From Balanoglossus misakiensis (lineage: Eukaryota; Animalia; Hemichordata): 64,000 nucleotides of DNA. The position numbers and the translations under genes were made by a program. The notes under the pieces were generated by a model, which worked only from the letters and a program-made list of their open reading frames with translations, ran no database searches and was not told the origin of the DNA. Positions 27,527 through 39,399 of this stretch are shown piece after piece. The stretch covers positions 11,110,894 to 11,174,893 of the forward strand of contig CM082589.2 in assembly GCA_040954595.2 (NCBI GenBank), written 5' to 3'. Within the stretch, counting starts at the first letter, position 1. Each line of letters begins with the position of its first letter.

Positions 27527-30334
27527 TACATCCATACATAAATACAGACGCAACTGATTCCATAAGGCCCATGGTACATACCATATGGGACCTAAAAACT
27601 GCAGAAGCTACACAAAACATTAATACTGAAAACATGGCAAACAGTTGTTGCTAACGGGGTTTTAAATCTCCCTTATAGATATTTTTGAACTCCCAATTTA
27701 TGATTATTGACTGTTTGATTGATTAGTTGTTGCACAAATGATAGTATTATCAAAGTAAATAATATCTGTGAGAAATTTCTTTTCATATTTATTTGAATAT
27801 GGATAGGGTAAGATGGGGGTTAAACAAAACTACATTTGTTCAAAAGTGGCAAAAACACAAATATGCAAAAATCACTATAATTGTACACCATCTTACTTAA
27901 ATCACTACAAGGAACATTCCTGTCAAAGTTCAAAGCAATCTGACAAGCGCTTTCAGACACAGCGAATTTGATAACCATCTACAAATATATTTTTATTTTT
28001 TAAACAATTCTTTTACAACACCTTACTTGGGTTACCCCCCTAGGAATCTGCATTCTGAGCAAAAATTACAAAATTGCTCAAAATTATAAATATACCAATT
28101 TCACAACAATTTGCAATTTGAACAAAAACTATGGCTTTCAGAAAGGAAGATTTTTCTTTACCAATAATGCAGTAAAAGACAAAACAATAAAAATAGAAAA
28201 TTCATAATATTAGCTCAAAACAAAACATACAGGACTGTATGGCATTTATTGACATTTATAAGAATATGGACAGGGTATGATAGGGGGGGGGAATTATAAA
28301 TTCCAAGGGGGTCATCAATTTTTTGTCATAGCTTTTTGGGGCCATAGAAAAAATAACCTAAAAAGTAGGAAATCCTACGTCCCCCTAAGCTTTCATTCTG
28401 GCCAACAACTTTTTATGAAGGCTTCTGCAGTTGTTAAAAACAGATTGCCTGCTATGTTAGACTATCAATCTATAGAGGGGATGAAAAATGTCCTTTTGTC
28501 AAGTGTCTGGATTTTGATAACTTCAACAGGTAAAAATATATTTGTAGATGTTTATCAAATTCGCTATGTCTGAAACAGTATGCTTGCAAATGTATTAATA
28601 TAGTCAGATAATATGAATAGTGAAGATAGCAAAACAAACAGGTTTATGCTTATAGCCATAACTTCTATTAGTGATGTACATGTTGTACTTAGCAAATAAT
28701 TGTTATGATCAACTTGGTTTTTATTGCACAAGATCTTTTTATTGCATCCATGTTTCGTTTCATTCTGGATAATAGTCTGTCTAAATAAGTTAACAGGCTT
28801 GATGAGGGTTATTTTAAACAGTGTTCTCAAAAAACCTGCAATGTCATGCCCTATATTTATAAAGTTGAGGAGAGGTTGTATTCCTAGCAGGATGTTGAAA
28901 TCATTGGAGGACAAACCCTGCCAGTACCAAAAGTTGCTGGGTGTTATAAATGTTTGAGTAACCCCCCCCCCTTCCCCAATAACACAATATATACTAAAAC
29001 ATTTTTACAACATCTTACTCAGTTTACCCTTAGGAATATGCCTACCAAATCAATCTGGCATGCAGTTTTAAAGAAAAAAAAATGACCAAAAGTGGCAAAA
29101 ATTGCTCAAAATTAAAATATGCAAATTTTTCAACAATTTGAACAAAACTTTGGTTACTCAGACAACCATTAGAAGCTTCATACTAAAATTCAAAGAATGA
29201 GGCCTATAACTTTAAGAAATGATGATTTCTTTACCAATAATGTGGAATAATACAAAAAATGCATAAAAGATTTTTGGCATAAAAAATTAAAAATCGATAA
29301 TATTAGCTCAAAACATACAGGACTGTTTGAGGTAGACATAAGGTACATTCATACTGATTTTCAAATGAATGTGACCAGTGGTTGTTGAGTTTGAGTTTTG
29401 ACCAATTTCACATTTTCCTAGCTAATTTGCATATTTTTGGCAATGACAGCTTCATTTGAACAAACTCCAATCTTCAGCCTGGCCTGCATCTACACACCAA
29501 ATATCGAGGTCATATGCCCAGCGGTTTTCAAGTTTGTGATGTGGACGGACATACAGACATACATACATACATCCACCGATATCATAAGGTCCCATGGTAA
29601 AGCAAATGGGACCTTACAAAACTATGATAACTCAGATCACCTATGAAGCTTCATACTAAATTTCAAATAAGTCAGCTGATCAATTCCAGAAAAGCAGATT
29701 TTCTACCGATAATGTGGAAAGAGACAAAAAATACATAAAAAATCGAAAATTCACATTAGCTCACAACATATAGAACTGTGTGAGGTTAACATAACTTACA
29801 GGAATACCAATTTTCAATTTTGAAAGCAATTTGCTCAGTAGTTGTCGAGTTCCCGAGTTTGGACGAATTTGACACTTTCCCAGCTAATTTGCATATTTTG
29901 GCAATGACAAGTTCATTTTGACAACTCCCACTTAATGCCCTGCCTGCATCTCCACACTAAATATCAAGGTCACATGCCAGTGGTTTCCAAGTGTTTGATA
30001 TTGATAGACATACAGACAAACATCCATACAGACATCCATATATACAGGTGCTACTGATCCCATAAGGTCCCATGGTATAAATACATATACCTGCACCAAA
30101 TGGGACCTAATAATTCTGATAAAATGCCTACATAGTAAGTTTAAAAACCAATTGTACCTTCAACGTCCTTGGACAACAATGGCTAATATTACTTGCCAAG
30201 GGCGACTAGAATTTTGGGGGCCTGATGCAATTCTGATACATGTACTTCATGATTTAGAGATATTGTGAAAATCCTGTCAACCGAATTACAGGGAAATCAG
30301 ATTTTCCATGTAAAATCATATCACCCAAAAATGT

Positions 30335-30804
30335 CAAGATCTTTTTATTGCATCCATGTTTCGTTTCATTCTGGATAATAGTCTGTCTAAATAAGTTAAC
30401 AGGCTTGATGAGGGTTATTTTAAACAGTGTTCTCAAAAAACCTGCAATGTCATGCCCTATATTTATAAAGTTGAGGAGAGGTTGTATTCCTAGCAGGATG
30501 TTGAAATCATTGGAGGACAAACCCTGCCAGTACCAAAAGTTGCTGGGTGTTATAAATGTTTGAGTAACCCCCCCCCCCCCCCTTCCCCAATAACACAATA
30601 TATACTAAAACATTTTTACAACATCTTACTCAGTTTACCCTTAGGAATATGCCTACCAAATCAATCTGGCATGCAGTTTTAAAGAAAAAAAAATGACCAA
30701 AAGTGGCAAAAATTGCTCAAAATTAAAATATGCAAATTTTTCAACAATTTGAACAAAACTTTGGTTACTCAGGCAACCATTAGAAGCTTCATACTAAAAT
30801 TCAA
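30335..30804. repeat. Near-identical copy of 28729-29193 inserted between two copies of a ~110-bp segment
   Basis: Direct comparison; flanking duplicate 30228-30338 / 30807-30917; the paralogous site at about 37745-37855 carries a single copy and no insert. Confidence 0.9.
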
Positions 30805-31062
30805 TTCAATTCTGATACATGTACTTCATGATTTAGAGATATTGTGAAAATCCTGTCAACCGAATTACAGGGAAATTAGATTTTCCATGTAAAATCATAT
30901 CACCCAAAAATGTCAAGTGTCGAAAATAATTTTGAAACAAAAAGTCTACTCAAAATCATACCAAAATTTAAATTTTAAAGCAGTACGTTAGGCAAGCAAT
31001 TTGAGAATGAAGAAACTTACAAAAAAATTATAAATTGAAAATAACTTACAAATGCCGGACAC

Positions 31063-31173
31063 AAACTTACAATCACTACCATATTACTGTACAAGTTAAA
31101 AGGACATTGTACCAGCAGAGACATTGCGATCGAGCAATCCCCAAGATATACATGACATGGTCTAATTACAAAT
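31063..31173 (-). ncRNA. Hairpin/exon C, copy 1 (candidate exon 31071-31161, 91 nt)
   Basis: Minus strand TTGTAATTAG|ACCATGT...GTGATT|GTAAGT; folds into a long stem with many G-U pairs that work only on the minus strand; the 91 nt are identical to 38003-38093. Confidence 0.45.
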
Positions 31174-32253
31174 ATTGAATATGTAAAATAGGTACACAAC
31201 ACTTCCATTCTTTCAGTACAGTCAGCTGCTTGTTAACAATAGGCATGTAGCTATTTCATCAACACCTTTCAATCATTAACTGGTTTATCTAGTGTCCCAT
31301 GTCAGGGGACTTGCCCCCACCCCATGATAACTTTGAGCGGCGACGGTTAAATTTATCCTCCCCAACATACTGGTAGTTGAGTTAATTTGCTTTTGCCGGG
31401 TTCATAAAAATGCAGCTTTGAGCTCTGTATTTTATAAAATTTTCTTACGTGGGAGGGGGACACCCCTTCCCACACCCACCCCCTTCAATTCCCGGTTTAC
31501 AATGTCTCCCAACACAGAATACAAATACTTAAAAAATAAAAACCATGTTCAGTTTTAATACCCACTGATGAGGGGAAGCATCAGTTTCAAAGTCTTTTCA
31601 TGGGAGCGCTGTTTTTCTTTTTTACAAGATAGATAAGTGATGTGTTTTGCTCTGTGAAAGAAAATGGGGGGGGGGATTTTAAAATTTTGGCAGTTCAGAA
31701 GGGGGTGGGGGATTTGAAAATATTTCGGGTTGTGTACAGGGGGGGGGCATGTGAAAATTAGCAGTAAAAAAATTGAATTTCCCCCCCCCCCCCCCCATCC
31801 AGAGGTGTTTGTGAATGGAGCCTAAGCTAAAGCTAAAGTGATAATGGGTCATAACAGACAAAATAACAAAATGTGAAAAACATTTAATGAGTTTAATATG
31901 CTAACTACGGAGACAGACATGTTTGACCAAAGCATGAAATACACAAAATGTATCATTTCTTCCACCTCTTACTACAGTGGGTTGTAGACTTTTCGCCCAG
32001 AATGCAATGTGATTTGACCCCCTAGCGCAAAGTGAAAACCTATTTAAGGCAGCCAGAATTTTCTGCATAGTATGACGGAAACATTTGTAAAGTCATGGCT
32101 AGCGTGGGCTGGTAAGTTTATATGGGGCTCTCCATGATAACCAGTTGTGGCTTACCACCACCATAATTTTGAAAGGGCGACTTCACTATTTGATGGGAAA
32201 AGGTAGCCTTTACAAACAAGCTATGGAGCATGTATACAGCAAGTTGTGCTTAC

Positions 32254-32326
32254 CGGAAAGCGGTCTTGGATCAGGCCTAGGTATTCTCTTCCTCCTCCGG
32301 CATACGTTGAAATGCTGTGTTTAAGA
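32254..32326 (-). ncRNA. Exon A, copy 1 (73 nt) of a spliced, hairpin-forming minus-strand transcript
   Basis: Branch-like TACTAAT, acceptor TTTGATTCACAG, donor CCG|GTAAGC; identical to 38991-39063; centre reverse-complementary to exon B. Confidence 0.6.
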
Positions 32327-33503
32327 CTGTGAATCAAATATATGCTTATCAATTAGTAACCAATCAACCTTGCTTTAGAATTATTTGGGCCATACTAATT
32401 AGTGAAAATATGCAAAACATGGTATAATATAGGGTCAGACTGTGCTGCGATAATGTACGTGGAATACGAATCAGAGAAATCTGTAACAGCGATCTTGAAA
32501 CTCCATTTACATCAGTACTGCAGTAAAGTGGTCCACATGGGTATACCACAAACATGGCAGTTAGGTGACAAGTGAAACTGACATCATATCTGTAAACGAC
32601 AGGTGTACACACACTTTGACATCTACGTAACACTGTACAATGATTTCTTAATGTTTGTTGTGAAAATGAAACTTACATTTGATCCACCTCACTTTTCATA
32701 CAACTGATTAGCGCAAGAATGTAAATTGTTGGCAATTATAAAACATTTATTTTACTATAGAAAAGTAAGCCTTTACATTTAAACTTTGAATATCAGTATA
32801 CTAAAATGTTTCAAACGTGGCTGTCAGTATATCTCATGGCATGGTGGCAGAAGTACATGTTGTTACCAGGGAAGACACATTGAACATAGACAAGCGCACT
32901 AGTCGCTTGGTGATTTTTCATCTAGATTCTCAAAACTTTCTGTGCATTTGGTAGCTTTGAGCAAGTTTCTGGTACTGAGCTGAGTTTCGAATTTGGAACT
33001 GGGCTGCTTTGGCTTTGATTACCATGGGCCAATATGATCTTATGCACACATTTTTGAAAAAAACTCCAGCCTGTTTGTGTCGTGATCTATATTTTTCTTT
33101 GTGGCCTAAGGTATTGTTTTATTTCACTATAAACAACATTACTTTCCTTCATGTGTCTATATATAATAATAGATCTCTTAGCCAGTTTGATGAAGCATAG
33201 TGTTGGACTAGCACACTTTCAGCCAAAATTACGGTATCTCCCCGTGTATTGGTATGGGAGTAATTTCTAGCTATATGGTTAAGGAAATGCATCCAAATTT
33301 AATTTATGCTTCACATGAAGATTTGAACTTGACCATTTAATTCATGTCATCACGATCATATCACAGGCAATCGAGGCTAGAATTCGAAGGAAAAAAGTAT
33401 TGATAACTGGAAGGTGTAAATTAGTTCGTAGACATACATTGTTTCCTATTGTTTCGGTTGTGCCACGCCCGATAAAAGCAAATATACAGCAAGTCATGCT
33501 TAC

Positions 33504-33578
33504 CATTGAGCGGTCTTAAACTCGCCCCAGACGAGGAAGAGAATCCCGAGTTGAAATGCAGACAATTTCAGGCAGCAT
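33504..33578 (-). ncRNA. Exon B, copy 1 (75 nt)
   Basis: Perfect TACTAAC branch point, acceptor TTTGATTCACAG, donor ATG|GTAAGC; 4 substitutions versus 39989-40063. Confidence 0.6.
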
Positions 33579-35189
33579 CTGTGAATCAAATAGATATAGA
33601 AGTTAGTAACCAGTCATAGTAGCTCTAAGTTGGGTGTAAAAGTCTAAGTTGGGTGTACTAACTCTCCTTGTTAACAGTAACTTTCAAAGAAACTGAGCAA
33701 TTGGTTAAAAAGATTTGCTATCCAAAAACAAAGAAATTTACAACAAACTACCTAAATATTGACAACCAGAATTTAATCAAAGTTGCACATACATGTACAT
33801 GTGTTATGAAATTGTTAACTAACTTCCAAAGCAATCAGGAACCAGATATTAACTGAATATGCTCACGTGCAGTACTGTGATTGGTTGACAGAATAACAAG
33901 ATTAGAAAAACCAGTTTTAAACCATTTTGGTTTATAGTGTATATGGTGTAAGGGTTGTGTGTTGCACCATTGTGAAATGTAAACATGTTTGTGGAATTGT
34001 TGCCTTGTCAATTTTTGTAAGGGGTTATGAGTCATGTACCCCATCCTGAACTGCATAAAAATAATAAGTCTATGGAATTCTAAAACTCTTTGATCAAAAA
34101 TGGCAAGAAATACACCAAAAAGTATGAATATTTCACCAGATTTCAACAAATCTGATTTCTGTTCATGCCTAAGAACCTCTTTAACAAGTTTCAATAAGGA
34201 AGACATTTTGGCAAACAACAGGAAATTCAGACAAATCTGACTGATATCACATATATGAATTCCCATTCAAAGTTTCCAACCAATTGGACTTGTGGTATTA
34301 CCGAAGACTATTTGGCCAAACCCTGCAGAAATTCCCAAAAAATACAATTATGCAAATTTCATTACAATTTGATCATATCTGACTGAGATCACCCCTAGAA
34401 ACCCAAATACAAAGTATCAAAACAATTGCACCTACATTTCACAGGATTGGATTTTTTGGCAAAAACAGGAAATATTGCCCAAAAATGCATTTTTGCAAAT
34501 TTCACCACCGTTTGCACAAATGTGATTCAGGTAAGCCCTATGAACCTCCATACCAAGTTTCCAATCAATTGGACATGTAATTTCAGAGAAATTTTTTTTT
34601 TAACAAAAATGCAGAAAATTCCCCCAAAAATTCATAAAAAATAGGAAACGCCAGATACTGACTCCACCTGAACAAAATCATACGAGGTCTTCCCAAAGTA
34701 CTTGCACACCAATGCACGCCAATTTTTAACTTAATCTGATCCGCTGTTATTAAGTTTTTCAATTTTGACTATTTGAACATTTTTCCAGTTAATACCAGTA
34801 TGCATTTTTTCGCAATAACAATTTCTATGTACACACTAAATATCAGTAGTTTCAAGTTTTTGATGTTGATGGACATACACATACATACATCAATACATTA
34901 AGACGAAACTGATCCATTCACAAAATACATAATTCTGTATGAGGCACACATACAGACATACATAGCCGACGGACACCAACTTATGCTATAAGCTGACATT
35001 TATATACATGTTAGCCAAAAACCAAAATCAACCTCAAAATAGACATTAAAATATATTGCACCACCATGAGAAGACAAATTCATTTTTTGACAAATTTTCT
35101 GGGGCGTCATTGATATAGCATGGCATATTGTCAAAGTACGTAGGCTCTGTGATAAGATTCCATACACACAAAATGGTAACCTTGGAAGT

Positions 35190-35950
35190 CCAGCTGACGT
35201 AGTTATGCAATGGCGTCTCGTGTATTCCGTCGCCAAAAAATCATCGTAAACTAATTGATAGTCGGGGTCACAATTCAAGACGACTTTCTCTAAATTCTTT
35301 ATGAATGGATTAAATCGAAATCGAAATGTTGACGTATGACGTACGGAATGAGATCTGAACAGACATTCAATGTTATCATTCTCGCTCGATCACATATTGG
35401 GTAGGCCATCTAGCAATCGCTATATAGTATTGGCGATAACAGACTGTCTATAAACACACAAAACGGATTTTACTGTTGAGTGTGATCAACCGCCATGTTA
35501 TTTTTCTCTGAACAATAGACAAATAGAAAGCCTGGTGACATTTTGAGATTGACTGCGTGAGGACCACAATATGCGTGAATCATTTACGGTTTGTCTTGAT
35601 GAATGGGTCACGTCATAGTCATAACGCGGATTCGGCTGCACGCCAACTATCCGCCATATTGTCTCCACTAACTTACTCGTAAGTAGTTTCAAACTTCATT
35701 TGAAAAGAGTATTCGTCTGACGGTCCTGTAGATTAACAATTTACGCTCTATGAAGCAACTAAACAACGTTAGCTTCCTTGTGGATTCACGTAGGGAAGTT
35801 ATTCGTAACGACGGGTACAGCGTCTGAGCATGGACAGAACCACGGCAATATCGCCAGGAATGTCTCATTTCACAGCGCCCTCAAACAGTCGATCTCCTCA
35901 AACTATCGTTTCCACTGGTCATATATGCAGCATTAACGAAAGCTCTCATA
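35190..35950 (-). promoter_or_regulatory. CpG-enriched promoter-like island upstream of exon B copy 1
   Basis: Raised CpG content, CCGCCAT (YY1-like) at about 35490 and 35651, TGACGT motifs, minus-strand GTAAGT donor at 35676-35671. Confidence 0.3.
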
Positions 35951-37994
35951 GACAACCATGTAATAGAAAAAATTAAAACTTTAATAACTTCATTAATATC
36001 AAAGCCACACCCACCAAAACCTTTTCAGTTCTTGCCATATGATATCTGAACCTGTGTACTAAATTTGGTTGAAATCGGTTCAGCGGTTCTTGAGATATCG
36101 GGTATACAGACAGACACACACATACACAGACATCGCTAAACTATAAGCTCACGTGATTTTCAGGTGAGCTAAAAATTGGGTTACCCCTAGGAATATTCCT
36201 ACCATATTTCAAAGCCATCAAAAAAGCAGTTTCAAAGAAAAACACATTTGTTCAAAAGTGGCAAAAACACAAATATGCAAACATCTCTATAATTGTACAC
36301 CATCTTACTTCAATCACTACAAGGAACATTCCTGCCAAAATTCAAAGCAATCTGACAAGGGTTTGAACGGTTTAACAGAAAACAGTTTTTGACAAAGATT
36401 GCAAAAAATATCCCCAATAACACAAGCACGCAGTTTTAACCATTTTTATGACATCTTCCTTGGGTTACCCCTGGGAATCTGCCTACCAAATTGCAAAGCA
36501 TTCTGACCTTAATTGGCAAAATTGCTCAAAATTATAAATATGCCTATTTTACAACAATCTGAACAAAAAATATGGTAACTCGGACCACCCATAGGAAGCT
36601 TCATACTAAATTTCGAAGGAGTCGGACTATCGCTTTCAGAAGTGAAGATTTTTTTTTACCAATAATGTGGAAAAAGACAAAAAAAATTAATAAACATTAG
36701 AAAATTCATAATATTAGCTCACAACATACAGGACTGTATGGGGTTCATTGACATACCAATCTGACCAGTGGTTGTCAAGTTTCTGACTTTTGACCAATTT
36801 CACATTTACACAGGTAATATTTTGGCAATGACAATTTCATTTGAACAAAATCCCATCTACAGCCCCGCCTGCATCTACACACTAAATATGGAAGTGATAT
36901 GCCCAGCGGTTTTCATCCATTCACTCATACATACAAATGCAACTGATTCCATAAGGTCCCAATCGTATATATGTACATAAACCAAATGGGACCTAAAAAT
37001 TGCTCCAAAATTATAAATACGCAATTTTTGGCAACAATTTAAACAAAACTATGGTTGGTAACTCAGATCACCTATGAAGCTTCATAATAAATTTCAAACA
37101 AGTCAGCTGATCAATTCCAGAAAAGTAGGTTTTTACCGACAATGTGGAAAGAGACAAAAAAAATGCTTAAAAATAGAAAATTCACATTATTAGCTCACAA
37201 CATGTAGAATTGTGAGAGGATACCATAAGGTACATGCATACCAATTATCAATTTTGAAAGCAATTTGCCCAGTAGTTGTTGAGTTCCCAAGTTTTGACGA
37301 ATTTGACACTTTCCCAGCTAATTTGCATATTTTGGCAATGACAACTTCACTTAGACAAACTCCCATCTACTGCCCTGTCTGCACATTAAATATCAAGGTG
37401 AAATGCCAGTAGTTTCCAAATGTTTGATGTTGATGGACATACAAACATCCATACATACAGGTGCAACTGATCCCGTAAGGTACCATGGTATAAATACATA
37501 TACCAAATGGGACCTAATAATTCTGATAAAATGCGTACATACGTACATACATACAAGTCAGCAATAAAGAGACGGGATAGTGGGCTGGCACTGAGTGTCT
37601 ATTTCTATTGCAAATTATAAACATGCAGCAAGTGTAAAAACCACATGTACCTTCAACGTCCTTGGACAACACATTTTTGTAACTTTCCCAGATCAATGGC
37701 TAATATTACTTGCCAAAGGCGACTAGAATTTTGGGGGCCTGATGCAAGTCTGATACATGTACTTCATGATTTAGAGATATGATGAAAATCCTGTCAACCG
37801 AATTACAGGGAAATCAGATTTTCCATGTAAAATCATATCACCCAAAAGTGTCAAAAATAATTTTGAAACAAAAAGTCTACTCAAAATCATACCAAAATTT
37901 AAATGTTAATGCAGTACGTTAGGCAAGCAATTTGAGAATGAAGAAACTTACAAAATAATTTATAAATTGTAAATAATTTACAAATGCCGCACAC

Positions 37995-38105
37995 AAACTT
38001 ACAATCACTACCATATTACTGTACAAGTTAAAAGGACATTGTACCAGCAGAGACATTGCGATCGAGCAATCCCCAAGATATACATGACATGGTCTAATTA
38101 CAAAT
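37995..38105 (-). ncRNA. Hairpin/exon C, copy 2 (candidate exon 38003-38093)
   Basis: Identical to copy 1 over the 91-nt core. Confidence 0.45.
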
Positions 38106-38990
38106 ATTGAATATGTAAAATATGTACACAACACTTCCAGTCTTACAGTACAGTCAGCTGCTTGTGAACAATAGTCATGTAGCTATTTCATCAAATTTAC
38201 AGCCCAAGTCTTGCCTATACAATTCTCCCTACTTTAAACACGTTTTAAGCTACCCTAAATGAGTGATGAAAATCTCATACGGTCGATAATTTCAAGATGG
38301 CCGATTTTTGCCATGTTAAAGAAATGGGAGTTCATAAGCTAAAATGATGATGGGTCATTCTTGAACTTTTTAACAGAAAAAATAGCAAAAGTGAAAAAAA
38401 GTTTAATATGCTAACTACCGAGACAGAAATGTTTGACCGAAGGAAGTCATGAAATACAGTAAACATATCATTTCTTCTATCTCTTACTACAGTTGGTTAT
38501 GGACTTTCCGCCCAGAATGCAATGAGATTTGACACCTAGCGCAAAGTGAAAAACCTATTTAAGGCAGCCAGAATTTTCTGCATAGTATGACGGAAACATT
38601 TGTAAAGTCATGGCTAGCATGGGTTGGCAGGTTTATGGGACCCGCTCAGGTTCCCTCGAATAACACATAATGCATGATTGGTGACTGATTATTGTTTATT
38701 TGTTGATTTTGTCACATTTTCAGAAAAATCCCTATCAATCAGTCATATTTGTTTGGCCTTGCTATACAGCGCAATATGAATCTTGTTGACTGAAATTGTT
38801 GAGGATAGTGGTACATAAAGGTTACCAATTGGAAAATATTAAAATGATTATTAGTGGTGTCCAACTCTTCATGATAACCAGTTGTGGCTTGCCACCACCA
38901 TAATTTTAAAAGGGTGACTTCACTATTTGATGGGAAAAGGTAGCATTTACAAACAAGCTATGGAGCATGTATACAGCAAGGTGTGCTTAC

Positions 38991-39063
38991 CGGAAAGCGG
39001 TCTTGGATCAGGCCTAGGTATTCTCTTCCTCCTCCGGCATACGTTGAAATGCTGTGTTTAAGA
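38991..39063 (-). ncRNA. Exon A, copy 2 (73 nt)
   Basis: Same splice signals and sequence as 32254-32326. Confidence 0.6.
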
Positions 39064-39399
39064 CTGTGAATCAAATATATGCTTATCAATTAGTAACCAA
39101 TCAACCTTGCTTTAGAATTATTTGGGCCATACTAATTAGTGAAAATATGCAAAACATGGTATAATATAGGGTCAGAAAAAATTTCCAGCCTATTTGTGTC
39201 ATGATTTACATTTTTCTTTCTGGCCTAAAGTATTGTTTTATTTCACTCTAAACAACATTACTTTCCTTCATGCGTCTAATATAATAACAGATCTCTTAGC
39301 CAGTTTGATTAAGCATAGTGTTGGACTAGCACACGTTCAGCCAAAGTTAAAGTATCTCCCTGTGTATTGATATGGGAGTAATTTTAGCTATATGGTTAA

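Larger units (their letters stand above)
29628..33626. repeat. Segmental duplication, copy 1 (paralogous to about 37059-40111)
   Basis: Collinear shared blocks 30140-30340/37640-37855, 30930-31260/37860-38195, 31900-32438/38400-39177 and 33057-33626/39177-40111, with copy-specific indels. Confidence 0.92.
22107..37520 (+). mobile_element. Field of fragmented, partly tandem Helentron-associated (HINE/DINE-like) non-autonomous elements
   Basis: Recurrent AT-rich core (GAAGCTTCATACTAAATTTC, ACATACAGGACTGTATG, CAGCTAATTTGCATAT) followed by (GACA/CATA)n and a 3' hairpin plus A-run, e.g. ends near 27563-27598, 29586-29620, 30063-30110, 34990-35020, 36145-36176, 36952-36999, 37476-37518. Superfamily call is from architecture only. 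Confidence 0.55.

Noticed and set aside
28564-28957. ORFs of 116 aa (-) and 77 aa (+), also at 30254-30598
   Set aside because: Recurrence is due to a recent local duplication; no recognisable domain; kept only as part of the low-confidence decayed-island finding.
31565-31590. CTGATGAG hammerhead core
   Set aside because: No stem II hairpin or GAAA follows.
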